A DNA stretch of 64,000 nucleotides, taken from Candidatus Multivoradales bacterium. Its GTDB lineage: Bacteria > Acidobacteriota > Thermoanaerobaculia > Multivoradales > Multivoraceae. The stretch spans positions 1,568,001 to 1,632,000 of the forward strand of contig CBDCWI010000002.1 in assembly GCA_965223325.1 (NCBI GenBank). The letters are read 5' to 3'. The notes under the pieces are model-generated. The model searched no databases and had not been told where the DNA came from. It saw only the letters and a program-made list of their open reading frames with translations. Positions 39,135-51,288 of this stretch are shown piece after piece; positions within the stretch are counted from its first letter, which is position 1; each line of letters opens with the position of its first letter. The translations under genes and the position numbers were made by a program.

Positions 39135-40358
39135 TCAAGACACCGCCTCCGAACTCTGCTCCAGCGCCGGGTCCCACGCCAGAACCGACTCGACGTCCTT
39201 GTCTCCGCGGCCCGAGAGGTTGACCAGCACGACCTGCTTGGGCGAGAGCTTTCGGGCCTCGCTGATCGCCTGCGCGACAGCGTGGGCGCTTTCGAGGGCC
39301 GGCAGAATGCCCTCGGTAGCCGCAAGCCGGTGGAAAGCGTCGATTGCCTGTTCATCGGTAACACTCGTGTACTGGACACGGCCGCGCTCGGCGAGTTCGA
39401 CATGCTCCGGACCAACCGCTGGGTAGTCGAGGCCAGCCGAAACCGAGTGCGTCGTCATGACCTGGCCGTCGCCGTCCTGGAGCACCAGGGTGCGTGTTCC
39501 GTGCAGCACTCCGGGCGAACCACCGGCAAAGCGCGCCGCGTGTTCGCCGAGCGCCGAACCGCGGCCGCCAGCTTCGACGCCGAGCAGTCGGACCTTCGAG
39601 TCGCCGAGAAAAGCCGAGAACAGACCGATCGCGTTGCTGCCGCCACCGACGCACGCGACGGCGAGGTCTGGCAGGCGGCGAGCCTGCTGTTTGACCTGCG
39701 CTCGCGCCTCGGCGCCGATCACTCGGTGAAAGTCGCGCACCATACGCGGGAAGGGATCGGGACCGAGCACCGAACCGAGCACATAGTGGGTGCCGCCAAC
39801 CGTCGCGACCCAGTCCCGCATGGCTTCGTTGATGGCATCCTTGAGGGTGCGACTTCCAGCGTCGACTCCGAGAACTTCGGCCCCGAGCAGGCGCATGCGG
39901 TAGACGTTGAGGCGCTGCCGCTGCATGTCCTCGGTACCCATATAGACGACGCACTCCAGCCCCAGGAGAGCCGCAGCAGTGGCGGTCGCCACGCCATGTT
40001 GACCGGCACCGGTTTCGGCGATGACTCTCGTCTTGCCCATCTCTTGAGCGAGCAGACACTGGCCGAGGGCGTTGTTGATCTTGTGCGCACCGGTGTGCAA
40101 CAGGTCTTCACGCTTGAGCCAGATCGCGGCGCCACCGACCTCTTCGCTCAGTCGAGTCGCGCGGTAGAGCGGTGTCGGTCGGCCGACGAAGTCACGCATC
40201 AGCTCATCGAAGCGCTTCTTGAAGCGGCGCGTCTCTGGCACCTTGGCGTAGGCCTGGCGCAGTTCGGCGAGCGGCGCCATCAGGGTTTCGGGCGCAAAGC
40301 ACCCGCCGTAGTCGCCGAAGTAACCCTCTTCGTCCGGCGTGGTCAAACGTCTGGGCAT
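39135..40358 (-). CDS. trpB: Tryptophan synthase beta chain
   Basis: [48 protein letters not shown]. Confidence 0.98.
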   Translation of the reverse strand: MPRRLTTPDEEGYFGDYGGCFAPETLMAPLAELRQAYAKVPETRRFKKRFDELMRDFVGRPTPLYRATRLSEEVGGAAIWLKREDLLHTGAHKINNALGQCLLAQEMGKTRVIAETGAGQHGVATATAAALLGLECVVYMGTEDMQRQRLNVYRMRLLGAEVLGVDAGSRTLKDAINEAMRDWVATVGGTHYVLGSVLGPDPFPRMVRDFHRVIGAEARAQVKQQARRLPDLAVACVGGGSNAIGLFSAFLGDSKVRLLGVEAGGRGSALGEHAARFAGGSPGVLHGTRTLVLQDGDGQVMTTHSVSAGLDYPAVGPEHVELAERGRVQYTSVTDEQAIDAFHRLAATEGILPALESAHAVAQAISEARKLSPKQVVLVNLSGRGDKDVESVLAWDPALEQSSEAVS

Positions 40359-41062
40359 GTCGCTCCCTGGCCTCCATCGATCTCGATCGTTCCTAGTGCT
40401 TCAAACAAGGCGGCTACCTTCTCCGGGTCTTTGACACCCGGCTCTCTCTCGAGCCCTGAGCACGAGTCCAGGGCATAGACCTCACCGGATCGCAAGAGTG
40501 CCGAGCACACCGTGTCGGGATTGATCCCCCCGGCGAGAAAGACTCGGGGGAGCTGCACCGGCGCAAGCGGCGACGCGCGCGCCAGGGCGAGAACTTCCTG
40601 GACACGATGGTAGTCCCAGGACTCGCCGGTGCCGCCCTGGAGCGTCGCGTGCGGCGTGTCGAAGAGCCACCCGTAGGCATTCGACCACAAGAGCAGCTCG
40701 CCCAGGTCGAGGTTCTCATCAGGCTGGAAGGCCTTGACCACCGCCGCGATCGGAACCGCGATGCCGTCTCTTGCTTCCCCGCCGTGCAGTTGCACCAGAT
40801 CTAGTGGTACCGCCGCTTTGATGGCTGCGATTCCGTTGGGCGGGTGATCGACGAAGACGCCGACCAGGGAAACCGAACCCTCCGCCTCATCGCAGGCGGC
40901 ACGGATCCTGCGGGCGGCAGCCAGGTCGAGCGCCCGCGGGCTCTGGGGGTAGAAGTTCAGCCCCAGGTAGGCGGCCCCGCAGGCCATCGCATGGAGCGCC
41001 TCCTCCGGGGTGCGTACGCCGCACACTTTCACCCTCGGGATGCCCGATGGCGTGCTACTCAC
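40343..41062 (-). CDS. trpF: Phosphoribosylanthranilate isomerase
   Basis: [38 protein letters not shown]; GTG start overlaps the trpC stop. Confidence 0.93.
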   Translation of the reverse strand: MSSTPSGIPRVKVCGVRTPEEALHAMACGAAYLGLNFYPQSPRALDLAAARRIRAACDEAEGSVSLVGVFVDHPPNGIAAIKAAVPLDLVQLHGGEARDGIAVPIAAVVKAFQPDENLDLGELLLWSNAYGWLFDTPHATLQGGTGESWDYHRVQEVLALARASPLAPVQLPRVFLAGGINPDTVCSALLRSGEVYALDSCSGLEREPGVKDPEKVAALFEALGTIEIDGGQGATCPDV

Positions 41063-41852
41063 CGAGCAGCTCCCGCAGGCGCGCCCCGGGGTCCGAGGCC
41101 GTGACCAGCGATTCACCGATGAGAAAGGCATCGAAACCACCGGCTGCGAGGCGCTCGACGTCGGCGCGCGAAAGGATGCCGCTCTCGGCCACCTTGAGTG
41201 CCGACCCTGGAACCCGTGGCGCGAGCTCCAGGGAGTGCTCGAGGTTGACGTCGAAGGTACGGAGGTCACGGTTGTTGATGCCCACCAGCTCGAGCTCGAG
41301 GCCGGCGATCATCTCGAGGTCGCTCGGCTCGTGAGTCTCGACGAGCGGAACGATGTTGCGCGCGCGTGTCTCGGCGACCAGCCGCTCCAACTCGGCGCGC
41401 TCATAGAGCGCCGCGATCAACAGGAGCGCCGATGCGCCAGCCTCCGCGGCCTCGTCGAGTTGCCGGTCGCCGACGACAAAGTCCTTGGCGATCGTCGGCA
41501 GCCCCGAAGCCTCCTGGCAACGGCGAAGCAAGTCGTATGAGCCAAAGAAGAAGTCGGGCTCGACCACCACCGAGAGCGCCGCGGCACCGTTTTGGGCGTA
41601 AGTCTCGGCCTGCTCCTCCGGAACGTAGCGCCCGGTGAGATCGCCAAGTCGTGGCGAGCCCAGTTTGACCTCGGCAATCACTGCGTTGCCGGCTCGTGCC
41701 CTGAGCGCACGCGTGAAAGCGGTCTCGATGAGGCCCGCTGCGGCGGCGGCCTCGGTTCGACCATCACCGGCTCCAACACCCTCGTAACGACGCCGACGCG
41801 CCGCGACGATCTCGAGCAGGATCTCTGCCACCTTGGGCTCGCTCCTGGTCAC
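41055..41852 (-). CDS. trpC: Indole-3-glycerol phosphate synthase
   Basis: IAEVKLGSP, KDFVV, GINNRDLRTF, AESGI, LIGESL. Confidence 0.95.
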   Translation of the reverse strand: MTRSEPKVAEILLEIVAARRRRYEGVGAGDGRTEAAAAAGLIETAFTRALRARAGNAVIAEVKLGSPRLGDLTGRYVPEEQAETYAQNGAAALSVVVEPDFFFGSYDLLRRCQEASGLPTIAKDFVVGDRQLDEAAEAGASALLLIAALYERAELERLVAETRARNIVPLVETHEPSDLEMIAGLELELVGINNRDLRTFDVNLEHSLELAPRVPGSALKVAESGILSRADVERLAAGGFDAFLIGESLVTASDPGARLRELLGE

Positions 41853-42855
41853 GACGAAAAACTCCGCAGGGCCTCGAGCTTTTCTGCCGCCGCTCCGCTC
41901 GCGAGGGCCTCCCGTGCCGCTTCGAAGCCCTCCTCGAGACTCGACGCGACACCGCCCGCCCACAGGGCCGCTGCCGCATTGACGGCGACGACACTCTGGA
42001 GGCGCTCCTCACCACCGGCAAGCAGGCTCTCCATACTGCGAGCATTCTCTTCGGCCGACCCACCAGTCAGTGCGGCGAGCGGCTGTTCTTCGATGCCGAA
42101 GCGCGATGGATCCCAGCGCGTTGTCTGCACCGTGCCGTCTTCGACCACTGCTGCGACCGTCGTGCCGGTCGTCGTGATCTCGTCGAGCCCCTCTCCGTGC
42201 ACCACCAAGGCGCGCTCGGCACCCAGCTGCGCGAGAACCTCGGCAATCGGTTCGACCAGCTCTTCGGCCCACACGCCAATCACCTGCCGCCGGGCACCGG
42301 CCGGGTTGGTGAGCGGACCGAGCAGGTTGAAGATCGTGCGGACCCCGAGGGCGCGACGTACTGGCATGACCTCACGCATTGCCGGATGGAGTCGGGGCGC
42401 GAACAGGAACGCGATGCCGACTTCTTCGAGACAACGAGCGGCTACCTGCGGCTCGAGTTCGAGGCTTACGCCAAGCTCTTCGAGAACGTCGGCGCTCCCC
42501 GAGCGACTCGAAACCGACCGGTTGCCGTGTTTGGCGACCGTCGCACCTGCAGCCGCAGCAACCAGCGCAGCGGCCGTCGAGATGTTGAATGTGCCCGTGC
42601 CGTCGCCACCGGTGCCACAGGTGTCGACGACCTGCGGGAGGGCGTGTGGAATCGGCACCAGACGCGCGCGCATCGCCTGCACCGCACCGACGATCTCGCC
42701 CGGCGACTCTCGCTTGGCGGCCAGCGCAACGAGCAGCGCCGCCTTCTCGATTTCTTCGAGCTCACCGTCCATCAAACGCCCGAACAACGCACGCACTTCG
42801 GCGGTCAGAAGATCTTCGCCGGCGATCAAGCGCTCGAGGGCGGCTCTGGTCTCCA

Positions 42856-42856
<1 letters not shown>
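41849..42856 (-). CDS. trpD: Anthranilate phosphoribosyltransferase
   Basis: DTCGTGGDG, FNIST, KHGNRSVSSRSGSAD, FNLLGPLTNP; start ATG 42856. Confidence 0.96.
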
Positions 42857-43500
<644 letters not shown>

Positions 43501-43509
43501 CGGTGGTCC

Positions 43510-44988
43510 TCAGGCGTCTCGATCTTCGATTGCCGCGGCAAGTGCCAGCGCGGCCAGAAGCGCCGCCGCCTTGTCGCGGGTTTCCTGGGCCTCGGTCAGA
43601 GGATCGCTCTCGGCAACGATCCCCGCGCCGGCGGTAACCGAAGTCGAGTGACCGGCCTGCACCAGGGTGCGAATGGCGATGCAGGTGTCCATATCCCCGC
43701 CCCATGAAAGGTAACCGATGGCGCCACCGTAGGGGCCACGGGCCTCGGGCTCGAGCTCGTCGATAATCTCCATCGCGCGGATCTTGGGAGCGCCCGAGAG
43801 GGTGCCTGCCGGAAAGCACGCCAGCAGAACGTCGAGCGCACTTTGATCGGGCGCCAGGTCGGCGACGACGCTCGAGACGATGTGCATGACGTGCGAGTAG
43901 TGCTCGACCTCCATGAAACTCGCCACCCGCACGCCACCGGGAACCGCGACACGCCCGAGATCGTTGCGCGCCAGGTCGACCAGCATGACGTGCTCGGCGC
44001 ATTCCTTGGGATCTTGAAGGAGCTCCTCAGCCAGAGCCCGATCCTCATCGGCGTTCTGGCCGCGCCGGCGGGTTCCGGCAATCGGTCGCATCTCGGCCTT
44101 GCCAGCAATCGAGCGCACCAGCATCTCAGGAGAGGCCCCAACCAGGGTGAGAGCAGGGTTCTCGAGCAGCACCATGTAGGGACTCGGATTCACCACCCGC
44201 AGGGCGCGATAGAGCAACAGCGGGTCGACTCGCCTCTCCACTTCAAACCGTCGCGCCGGAACCACCTGGAAGATGTCGCCCGCGCGAATGTATTCACGCG
44301 CGGTTTGGACGGCTTCTCCGTAGGCCTCATCTGAGAGCCCGGGAGGAAGCGTCACCGCCGGCGTTGGTTGCTCGGCCGGCAGCGGCACGGCACCACCTTG
44401 GCTCTGCGTAGTCAGGACCTCGGCGAGCCGATCGAGCCCACGGCGGGCGTGCTCGGCGCTCTGCTCGCCGTCGATTTCGTTGGCGATACAGACGACACGC
44501 TGCAGGGCGTGGTCGAAGACCACCACATCGTCGTACCGCGCCAGGGTAGCGATCGGGAGGCCCCACGGATCGGGCGGCCGATCTGGCAGGTGCTCAATGA
44601 GGCGCGAGAGGTCCCACCCGAAGTTGCCCACCAGCCCACCGGCAAAGGGCAAGCCCTCAATGTCGTCGCGCTCCTGTTGAACTCCCTCGCAAACCGCACG
44701 CAGGGCCGCCAGCGGTGCTCCCGGAAGGGTTTCGGATTCCCCGCTCGGGGTGCTCCGTTCGAGGCGATCGGGCCACAGACGGTAGGTCTCGGCCGGCCCG
44801 CTGCCCATGAACGAGAAACGGGAGACCTGTTCTCCCCCGGTCACGCTCTCGAACAGAAAGCCATGCGCGCCCAAGGCGCGCAGGCGGCGGTAGACCTCGA
44901 GAGGAGTCAAGGTATCGGCGAGAAACTCCCGGCGATGGGGCCGGGCCCGTTTGACCTCTGAGGTGCTCGGCGTGCCAGGCTTGTTCAT
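43510..44988 (-). CDS. trpE: Anthranilate synthase component I
   Basis: [48 protein letters not shown]. Confidence 0.95.
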   Translation of the reverse strand: MNKPGTPSTSEVKRARPHRREFLADTLTPLEVYRRLRALGAHGFLFESVTGGEQVSRFSFMGSGPAETYRLWPDRLERSTPSGESETLPGAPLAALRAVCEGVQQERDDIEGLPFAGGLVGNFGWDLSRLIEHLPDRPPDPWGLPIATLARYDDVVVFDHALQRVVCIANEIDGEQSAEHARRGLDRLAEVLTTQSQGGAVPLPAEQPTPAVTLPPGLSDEAYGEAVQTAREYIRAGDIFQVVPARRFEVERRVDPLLLYRALRVVNPSPYMVLLENPALTLVGASPEMLVRSIAGKAEMRPIAGTRRRGQNADEDRALAEELLQDPKECAEHVMLVDLARNDLGRVAVPGGVRVASFMEVEHYSHVMHIVSSVVADLAPDQSALDVLLACFPAGTLSGAPKIRAMEIIDELEPEARGPYGGAIGYLSWGGDMDTCIAIRTLVQAGHSTSVTAGAGIVAESDPLTEAQETRDKAAALLAALALAAAIEDRDA

Positions 44989-46538
44989 GACAGATCTTCC
45001 GACGGCGAACCGGCGGTCGGCAGCCGATGACGGCGTGCAAGCTCACCGGCAACCTCGTCTGGTGAAACGTCGAGCGCTTCGAGGAGCACCATCAGGTGGT
45101 AGCAGAGATCAGCTGCCTCACCGACGAACTCTTCGCGTCCCGAAGCCGCATCGGGCGCTGTGTTTCGCGAGGCGTCGAAGCGTAGGCCAGCAATGATCAC
45201 CTCGGTGGCTTCTTCACCGACCTTCTGGGCAATGCGGTCGACACCCGCCGCCAACAACCGGGAGCTGTACGAAGACTCAGGGGCCGCCTCGCGGCGCGCC
45301 TTGACAACCGCCGCCAACCAACCCAGCTCGAGGCGAGTGGACTCCTCGTCACCGAAGCAGGTGCGGGTACCGAGATGGCATGCCGGGCCGGCGGGTTCGG
45401 CCGTGAGAAGCAAGGTGTCGGCATCGCAGTCAAACCGCAAGTCGACGACTCGCAGAACGTTTCCCGAGGTCTCGCCCTTCTGCCAGAGGCGCTCGCGGCT
45501 GCGGCTGTAAAAGCACGCCAGCCCGGAGTCGAGGGTCTGGGCGACTGCTTCCTGGTTTGCCCACGCAACCATCAGAACCGCCCCGGTCGAGCGGTCTTGA
45601 CAGACCACCGGCACCAGACCGTTGGCGTCGTAGCGGAGGGCTGCGGGGTCGAGGCTCATCTTCGTCATCGTGACCTGTCGCTCATGCGGAGCGCCCTTCC
45701 TGTGTTGCTTCTTCGTGGGAGCAAGCGCCGACGCCGCGCCGTCACCGGCAGCGAGACGCATGGGGAACTCGCCAGCCAGCTGCTCTTTGACCTCGCCCAC
45801 GGTGTACGTTCCGTGATGGAAGATCGAGGCCGCCAGGACCGCGCTGGCGCCCGCACGGAGACCCTCGGCGAGGTGTTCGACCGTGCCAACCCCGCCGGAG
45901 GCGATCACCGGCACCCGCACCGTGGAGGTGACCGCCTCGAGTAGCTCGAGGTCGTAGCCGTGCTGCATGCCGTCAGAGTCGATCGAGGTCAACAGAATCT
46001 CGCCGGCACCGAGAGACACCCCACGCTCGATCCACTCGATCGCATCGAGACCGGTGGCGGTGCGCCCACCGTGGGTTACGACCTCCCAACCCGAGGCGTC
46101 TGGCCGCCGGGCCGCATCGACCGACAGCACCATGCACTGACTGCCGAAGTGCTCCGCGATCTCAGAAAGCAACTCGGGCCGGTTGACGGCTGCGGTGTTG
46201 GTGGCCACCTTGTCGGCACCGGCGAGCAGGAGCTGGCGGGCGTCATCGAGAACCCGCACCCCGCCGCCAACAGTCAGAGGAATGAAGACCTGTCGCGCGG
46301 TTCGGCGAACCCACTCGAGATCCGTGTCGCGCTTCTCCGGGGCGGCCGTGATGTCGAGAAAGACGATCTCGTCGGCTCCCTGGTCGGCGTAGCGCATAGC
46401 CGATTCCGCCGGGTCGCCGAGATCGGTGAGGTTCTTGAAACGCACTCCTTTCACTACCCGACCGGCGCGCACGTCCAGGCAGGGAATGATGCGAAAGGCC
46501 AGCTCGGAGCCCTTCGGAGGATCGTCGAGAAAACTCAT
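44985..46538 (-). CDS. hisF: HisF fused in frame to bifunctional HisIE
   Basis: [15 protein letters not shown], then a linker, then [33 protein letters not shown] and KVGEEATE. Confidence 0.9.
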   Translation of the reverse strand: MSFLDDPPKGSELAFRIIPCLDVRAGRVVKGVRFKNLTDLGDPAESAMRYADQGADEIVFLDITAAPEKRDTDLEWVRRTARQVFIPLTVGGGVRVLDDARQLLLAGADKVATNTAAVNRPELLSEIAEHFGSQCMVLSVDAARRPDASGWEVVTHGGRTATGLDAIEWIERGVSLGAGEILLTSIDSDGMQHGYDLELLEAVTSTVRVPVIASGGVGTVEHLAEGLRAGASAVLAASIFHHGTYTVGEVKEQLAGEFPMRLAAGDGAASALAPTKKQHRKGAPHERQVTMTKMSLDPAALRYDANGLVPVVCQDRSTGAVLMVAWANQEAVAQTLDSGLACFYSRSRERLWQKGETSGNVLRVVDLRFDCDADTLLLTAEPAGPACHLGTRTCFGDEESTRLELGWLAAVVKARREAAPESSYSSRLLAAGVDRIAQKVGEEATEVIIAGLRFDASRNTAPDAASGREEFVGEAADLCYHLMVLLEALDVSPDEVAGELARRHRLPTAGSPSEDLS

Positions 46539-47320
46539 CGCAGAATCTCCGATGCGGTTTCACACCGGCCGCCGGCGAGGGCGACCAGTGCCTCTTCGAG
46601 GGTCATCCGACCGTCCCACAAGGCCCGCCCGACGATCACGCCGAAGATGTGGTCGAGCTCGCCAGTGCGTGCGCGTACCGCGATGCGCTCGAGATCGGCG
46701 ACCGAACCCACTCCGCCCGAGACAATGCCTGGCGCTCCCGCAAGGCGCGCGAGGTGTGCGACCAGATCGACGTTCGGTCCCTCGAGCGTGCCGTCGCGCG
46801 AAACATCGGTCACCAGAACTGCGGCGAGTGGAAGACCTGACAAACCGGCGGCAAACTCATCGAGGGGCGTCTCGGCGGTCTCGGTCCAGCCGGAGACCGC
46901 CAACTGTCCCGCCCGCACATCGAGCGCCGCGACGATGCGCTTCGGGTGAGCCAGGACGAGGTCACGAAAGCCCTCGGGATCACGCACCATCATCGAACCC
47001 ACGACGACCCGTTCGCAGCCCGCGGCGAGCGCCCAGTCGACCCCAGAACGATCGCTGAAGCCACCGCCGACCTGGAGACTGGGGGCCGTGACTTCACCGA
47101 AATTCGTGCGCGCGAGGCTTTCGAGCAGCGGCCTCTGCGGCGCTTCGCCAAAGGCACCGTCAAGGTCGACGATATGAACCCAGCGCACTCCGGCACGTGC
47201 GAACTCGAAGAGAGCCTTTTCGGGAGGTGTCGGGTACTCGGTGCGCGAGTCGTCTTCGCCGCGCAGCAGTCGCACGACTCCCCCCTGGCGGAGATCGATC
47301 GCCGGCAACAGTTCGATCAT
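46535..47320 (-). CDS. hisA: ProFAR isomerase
   Basis: [38 protein letters not shown]; start ATG 47320. Confidence 0.95.
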   Translation of the reverse strand: MIELLPAIDLRQGGVVRLLRGEDDSRTEYPTPPEKALFEFARAGVRWVHIVDLDGAFGEAPQRPLLESLARTNFGEVTAPSLQVGGGFSDRSGVDWALAAGCERVVVGSMMVRDPEGFRDLVLAHPKRIVAALDVRAGQLAVSGWTETAETPLDEFAAGLSGLPLAAVLVTDVSRDGTLEGPNVDLVAHLARLAGAPGIVSGGVGSVADLERIAVRARTGELDHIFGVIVGRALWDGRMTLEEALVALAGGRCETASEILR

Positions 47321-48012
47321 GCCGCGGCCTCCCGCCTTTCGGACACCGCACGGAGGAAGTTGCACAAAAGCCTGAGACCGACGCGCCCACTCTTCTCGGG
47401 ATGAAACTGAGTCCCCACCACCGAGCCATGAGCGACGACGGCAGGAAACCGGCGACCGTGGAGTGCGGTGGCCAACGCTACCGACGCGGGTACGTCGACT
47501 GGTGCATACGAGTGTACGAAGTAGGCGTGCGCGCCTTCGGGCGTATCGGCTAGCAGGTCCGGGAAGTCTGACGTGGTGTTCTCGGTGCCCTCGCGCGGCA
47601 GCAAGCGCAGACGGTTCCAACCGATGTGAGGCAGCGCCACAGAACTCGGCAGGCGCTCGATATGCCCTGGAACCAGACCCAGCCCGTCGGTCTCGCCGAA
47701 CTCTGAGCTCGATTCGAACAGGAGCTGAAACCCGACACAGATCCCAAACAGCGGCACGCCGCGACGGACTGCTCCCTTGATGGCCTCTTCGAGCGCTCCG
47801 CGCAAGGCCTCGCGCGGCGGCCGAAAGGCCCCCACCCCGGGAAGAAAGAGACAGTCCGCGCGCGCTACCCGTGCGGCTTCGGTGGTGCGCTTCGGCACCG
47901 CACCGAGGGCTGCAAGGGCGCGCTCGAGATTGCCCAGGTTACCGACGCCGGCGTCGATCACCACCACTTCGAGCGCACCGGCCTCGAGCTCCTTGTCGCG
48001 AGTTGCCGTCAC
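47317..48012 (-). CDS. hisH: Imidazole glycerol phosphate synthase amidotransferase subunit
   Basis: LPGVGAF, GICVGFQ, PHIGWN, YFVHSY, QFHPEKS. Confidence 0.96.
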   Translation of the reverse strand: MTATRDKELEAGALEVVVIDAGVGNLGNLERALAALGAVPKRTTEAARVARADCLFLPGVGAFRPPREALRGALEEAIKGAVRRGVPLFGICVGFQLLFESSSEFGETDGLGLVPGHIERLPSSVALPHIGWNRLRLLPREGTENTTSDFPDLLADTPEGAHAYFVHSYAPVDVPASVALATALHGRRFPAVVAHGSVVGTQFHPEKSGRVGLRLLCNFLRAVSERREAAA

Positions 48013-48698
48013 GACGTCAGTGTCCCTTTGGTACTCGGAATGCCCGCACCGGTCGCCGCGATCGCAGTCGCTTCCTTGAGAGCGAGAGCCGCAGCCTTGA
48101 AACAGGCCTCGGCGGCGTGGTGTGGATTGCGCGCCCGCAGCACATCGAGATGCAGGGTGAATCTCCCGCGGTCGGCGAAGGCCTGGAAAAAGTCCTCGAC
48201 CAGGGTCATCGGGAAATCGCGCGTCACCCAGGACAGGGCGATCTCGCGGGGGAGCTCATGAACCAGATACCCCCGGCCCGAGAGGTCGACGACCGCCCGC
48301 GCCAGAGCCTCGTCGAGCGGCGCGTAGGCGGAGGCAAACCGCCTGATCCCGCGGCGGGTCCCGAGCGCTTCATGAAGCGCATCGCCGAGGACGATTCCGG
48401 TGTCTTCGACGGTGTGATGCAGGTCAATGTGGGTATCGCCGCGTGTGGAGACCTCGAGCTCCATGCCGCTGTGGCGGCCGAGGGCATCGAGCATGTGGGC
48501 GAAGAACCCGTCGGGCACGTCGATCTCGGGCAGAGCAGGCATCGGCGTATCGAAGGCCAGCTTGACCTCGATCTCGGTCTCGGCAGTCGACCGCGCCTGG
48601 GTGGAAACGCGACGCGCGACCGGCGATCGCTTCTTCTTCTTCTTCTTGGCGGCCTTCTTCGAACGCGACCTGGGAGTCGACTTCTTGCGTGCACTCAT
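48009..48698 (-). CDS. hisB: Imidazoleglycerol-phosphate dehydratase (monofunctional)
   Basis: FFAHML, DLHHTVED, PLDEAL, NPHHAAEACFK, IPSTKG. Confidence 0.96.
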   Translation of the reverse strand: MSARKKSTPRSRSKKAAKKKKKKRSPVARRVSTQARSTAETEIEVKLAFDTPMPALPEIDVPDGFFAHMLDALGRHSGMELEVSTRGDTHIDLHHTVEDTGIVLGDALHEALGTRRGIRRFASAYAPLDEALARAVVDLSGRGYLVHELPREIALSWVTRDFPMTLVEDFFQAFADRGRFTLHLDVLRARNPHHAAEACFKAAALALKEATAIAATGAGIPSTKGTLTS

Positions 48699-49834
48699 GC
48701 CTGTTCTCCTTCGGCGACTGCCGTTCTTCCTCCACCCAGGATCTCGGCGAGGGCAGTGCGGGTGGCGCGAAGCGCCGGGCCATCGCCGACCCCGATGCGC
48801 AGGCAGCCGGCCAGCCCTGGATAGTGCCCCATTTCCCGCACCAGAATGCCGCGCGCGGCGAGGCCCTCGCGCACCACCGCGCTCTCTGCTGGCGAAGCCG
48901 CCCGCACCAGGAGGAAGTTGCCCTCACTGGGAAACACGAACAGCCCCTGGTCGCGCAGCATTTGCGCCCATTGCCCCCGACGCGCACGAGTCACCCGGAC
49001 CGCGCGCTCGGAAAAGTGTGGGTTCTCGACCGCCACCTCGCCGGCGATCGCCGTCGCGTGCGAGATCGTGTACGGCAGGGCGACCTTGCGCAATTCGACC
49101 ACGAAGCGGGCGTCGCCGAGCACGTACCCGAGGCGACTGCCGGCCAGCGACCAGGCCTTCGAGAAGGTACGGAAGATGACCAGGTTGGGATAGCGCAAGA
49201 GAAGCGGCCGATAGTCGTAGCGACAGTACTCGCCGTAGGCGTTGTCGAGGAGAAGCGGCGCATCGAGCCGTTCACAAAGGTCAGCGACCGCTTCGACCGG
49301 CGCCGCTGCGCCGGTCGGATTGTTGGGCGAGCACAGAAGAATCGGGCGCGTCGGATCGTCGCTCGCCAGAGCACGCAGCTCGGCGAGCGGCAGCTGGAGG
49401 TCAGAGCGCGGCTCGACGAACCGAGGCACCCCGCCGGCGCGCTCGATGAAGGCGGGATAGAGACCGAAACTGGGCAGAACGGACACCACCTCGCGAACCG
49501 GCCTGGCTTCGGCGTTGTCCGTTCTGGCCGGCGGCGTCCCAACGATCGCCGAGAGCACCACGCCCAGGAGCTCGTTCGAGCCGTTGCCCACCATCACCGA
49601 GTCGGCCGGGACGCCGTGCCTCTCGGCGAGCAACGCTCGCAGGCGATCGGCAAAGAAGTCCGGGTAACGACCCCAGTGGCGCTCCATCAAACGACGCGCG
49701 ACCTCACGTTTTAGAACCAGGGGCATATCCTGTGGGACCTCGTTCTGGTCCAGCTTGAAGAGGGCGGGCACCTGGTCGAGCGTGTAGGCCGAGAGCGCCC
49801 GCACCTCGGGGCGAATAAAGCGCGTGGGATCCAT
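48695..49834 (-). CDS. hisC: Histidinol-phosphate aminotransferase
   Basis: KLDQNE, GNGSNE, CSPNNPTG, RTFSKAWSLAGSRLG. Confidence 0.95.
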   Translation of the reverse strand: MDPTRFIRPEVRALSAYTLDQVPALFKLDQNEVPQDMPLVLKREVARRLMERHWGRYPDFFADRLRALLAERHGVPADSVMVGNGSNELLGVVLSAIVGTPPARTDNAEARPVREVVSVLPSFGLYPAFIERAGGVPRFVEPRSDLQLPLAELRALASDDPTRPILLCSPNNPTGAAAPVEAVADLCERLDAPLLLDNAYGEYCRYDYRPLLLRYPNLVIFRTFSKAWSLAGSRLGYVLGDARFVVELRKVALPYTISHATAIAGEVAVENPHFSERAVRVTRARRGQWAQMLRDQGLFVFPSEGNFLLVRAASPAESAVVREGLAARGILVREMGHYPGLAGCLRIGVGDGPALRATRTALAEILGGGRTAVAEGEQA

Positions 49835-49843
49835 CGCCAGCCC

Positions 49844-51211
49844 TTACTCTCTGTCCAGGAGATCGGTATGCGCCGACAGCTCGTCTTCGAGCTCATCCGC
49901 ATCGAGGCCACCGGAGCGCAGGAGCGCCGAACGAGCATGTGCCTCGAGACCCTCGACACGTGCAAGGGTCGCAGCGGCTGCCGCCCACGGCACGACCTCG
50001 TTCTCGTCGAACCGTACGACGTGCCAACGACGTTTGAAATCGCCGACTCCGAGACCTGAAGCGTAGCGCGCCGTTCCACCGGTCGGCAGCACGTGACTGG
50101 GGCCGGCGACATAGTCGCCGAGAACGACCGGCGCCGACGGCCCGACGAAGACCGCGCCTGCAGAGCGCATCTGCGGCGCGAGCTCGACAGCGTCGAGACC
50201 GAGCAACTGCAGATGCTCGGGAGCCAACCGTTCGGCGATCGCGGCTGCCTGCTCGAGATCTTTGGTGAGCAGAATCGCACCCCGAGTCTGGAGTGCCAGG
50301 GCGGCAGTCTCGGCGGTGGGCAGCCCTTCGAGCTGTCGATCGACCTCGCGGGCGACGCGACCGGCGAGATCGCGATCGGGCGTCACCAGAACCGCCATCG
50401 CCTCCGGATCGTGCTCGGCCTGGGCCAAGAGGTCGGCGGCGACGAACCCGCACGGCGCATCGGCTGAGGCGACAATCACTACTTCCGACGGGCCGGCGAA
50501 GCGGTCAATGCCCACGACCCCTTTGACCTGCTCTTTGGCGGCCGTCACCCAGACGCCACCCGGGCCAGCGATGAAATCGACCGGGTCGATGGTCTCGGTG
50601 CCGTAGGCGACCGCGGCAATGCCGTGGGCACCGCCCATGCCCCAGATCTCATCGACTTCGAGTCGAGACAGCGCCCAGCGCAGCGCCGGGCTCTCGAGGA
50701 AGGCGCGCGGCGGCGTGACCACCACGATCTCGCGCACGCCGGCGATACGTGCCGGAATGACCGACATGGCGACCGTCGACGGGTAGAGAAAGCGCCCGCC
50801 GGGAACATAAAGCGCCACGCGCTCGAACGCTTCGACTCGCTCCTCGACGTGCTTCCCGTCGGCTTCGAGAACGTATCCCTGGTGGTGGCCTTCTCGGTGA
50901 TAGTGCTCGATCGAAGACACGGCGCGTTCGAAGGCGTTTTGGAAACCCGGCGGCAGATCGCGTGGCCGTAGACTCTCCACGTCGCGCCGGCGGTCCAAGC
51001 GAAGCGCGCGGACTTCGTCCTCTTCGACCCCGTCGTACTGCGCCACCGCCCGCAAGAGCGCGAAGTCGCCCCCTCGCCGAACCGAACGCAGGATCTTCTC
51101 GACCCGGCGCACGGTGCGCCGGTCGATGGCGAGATCGCCGCGGCCTTCCAACGACTCGAGCAGGCGGCGACCACGGCGGGTATTCACCTTGATGGGTTTG
51201 AGGACCGGCAT
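49844..51211 (-). CDS. hisD: Histidinol dehydrogenase
   Basis: YVPGG, AGPSE, LAQAEHD, APEHL, GDYVAGPSHVLPT, EGLEAHA. Confidence 0.96.
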   Translation of the reverse strand: MPVLKPIKVNTRRGRRLLESLEGRGDLAIDRRTVRRVEKILRSVRRGGDFALLRAVAQYDGVEEDEVRALRLDRRRDVESLRPRDLPPGFQNAFERAVSSIEHYHREGHHQGYVLEADGKHVEERVEAFERVALYVPGGRFLYPSTVAMSVIPARIAGVREIVVVTPPRAFLESPALRWALSRLEVDEIWGMGGAHGIAAVAYGTETIDPVDFIAGPGGVWVTAAKEQVKGVVGIDRFAGPSEVVIVASADAPCGFVAADLLAQAEHDPEAMAVLVTPDRDLAGRVAREVDRQLEGLPTAETAALALQTRGAILLTKDLEQAAAIAERLAPEHLQLLGLDAVELAPQMRSAGAVFVGPSAPVVLGDYVAGPSHVLPTGGTARYASGLGVGDFKRRWHVVRFDENEVVPWAAAAATLARVEGLEAHARSALLRSGGLDADELEDELSAHTDLLDRE

Positions 51212-51244
51212 CTAACACCCCCTACGCTGCGAGCGCGACTGATC

Positions 51245-51288
51245 TTCTCGGGTTCTCGGTGTTCTCTGTGTCCTCTGTGTTCTCTGCC
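51245..51288. repeat. Imperfect 9-bp tandem repeat (TTCTCTGTG)x~5 between hisG and hisD
   Basis: TTCTCGGG TTCTCGGTG TTCTCTGTG TCCTCTGTG TTCTCTGCC. Confidence 0.85.
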
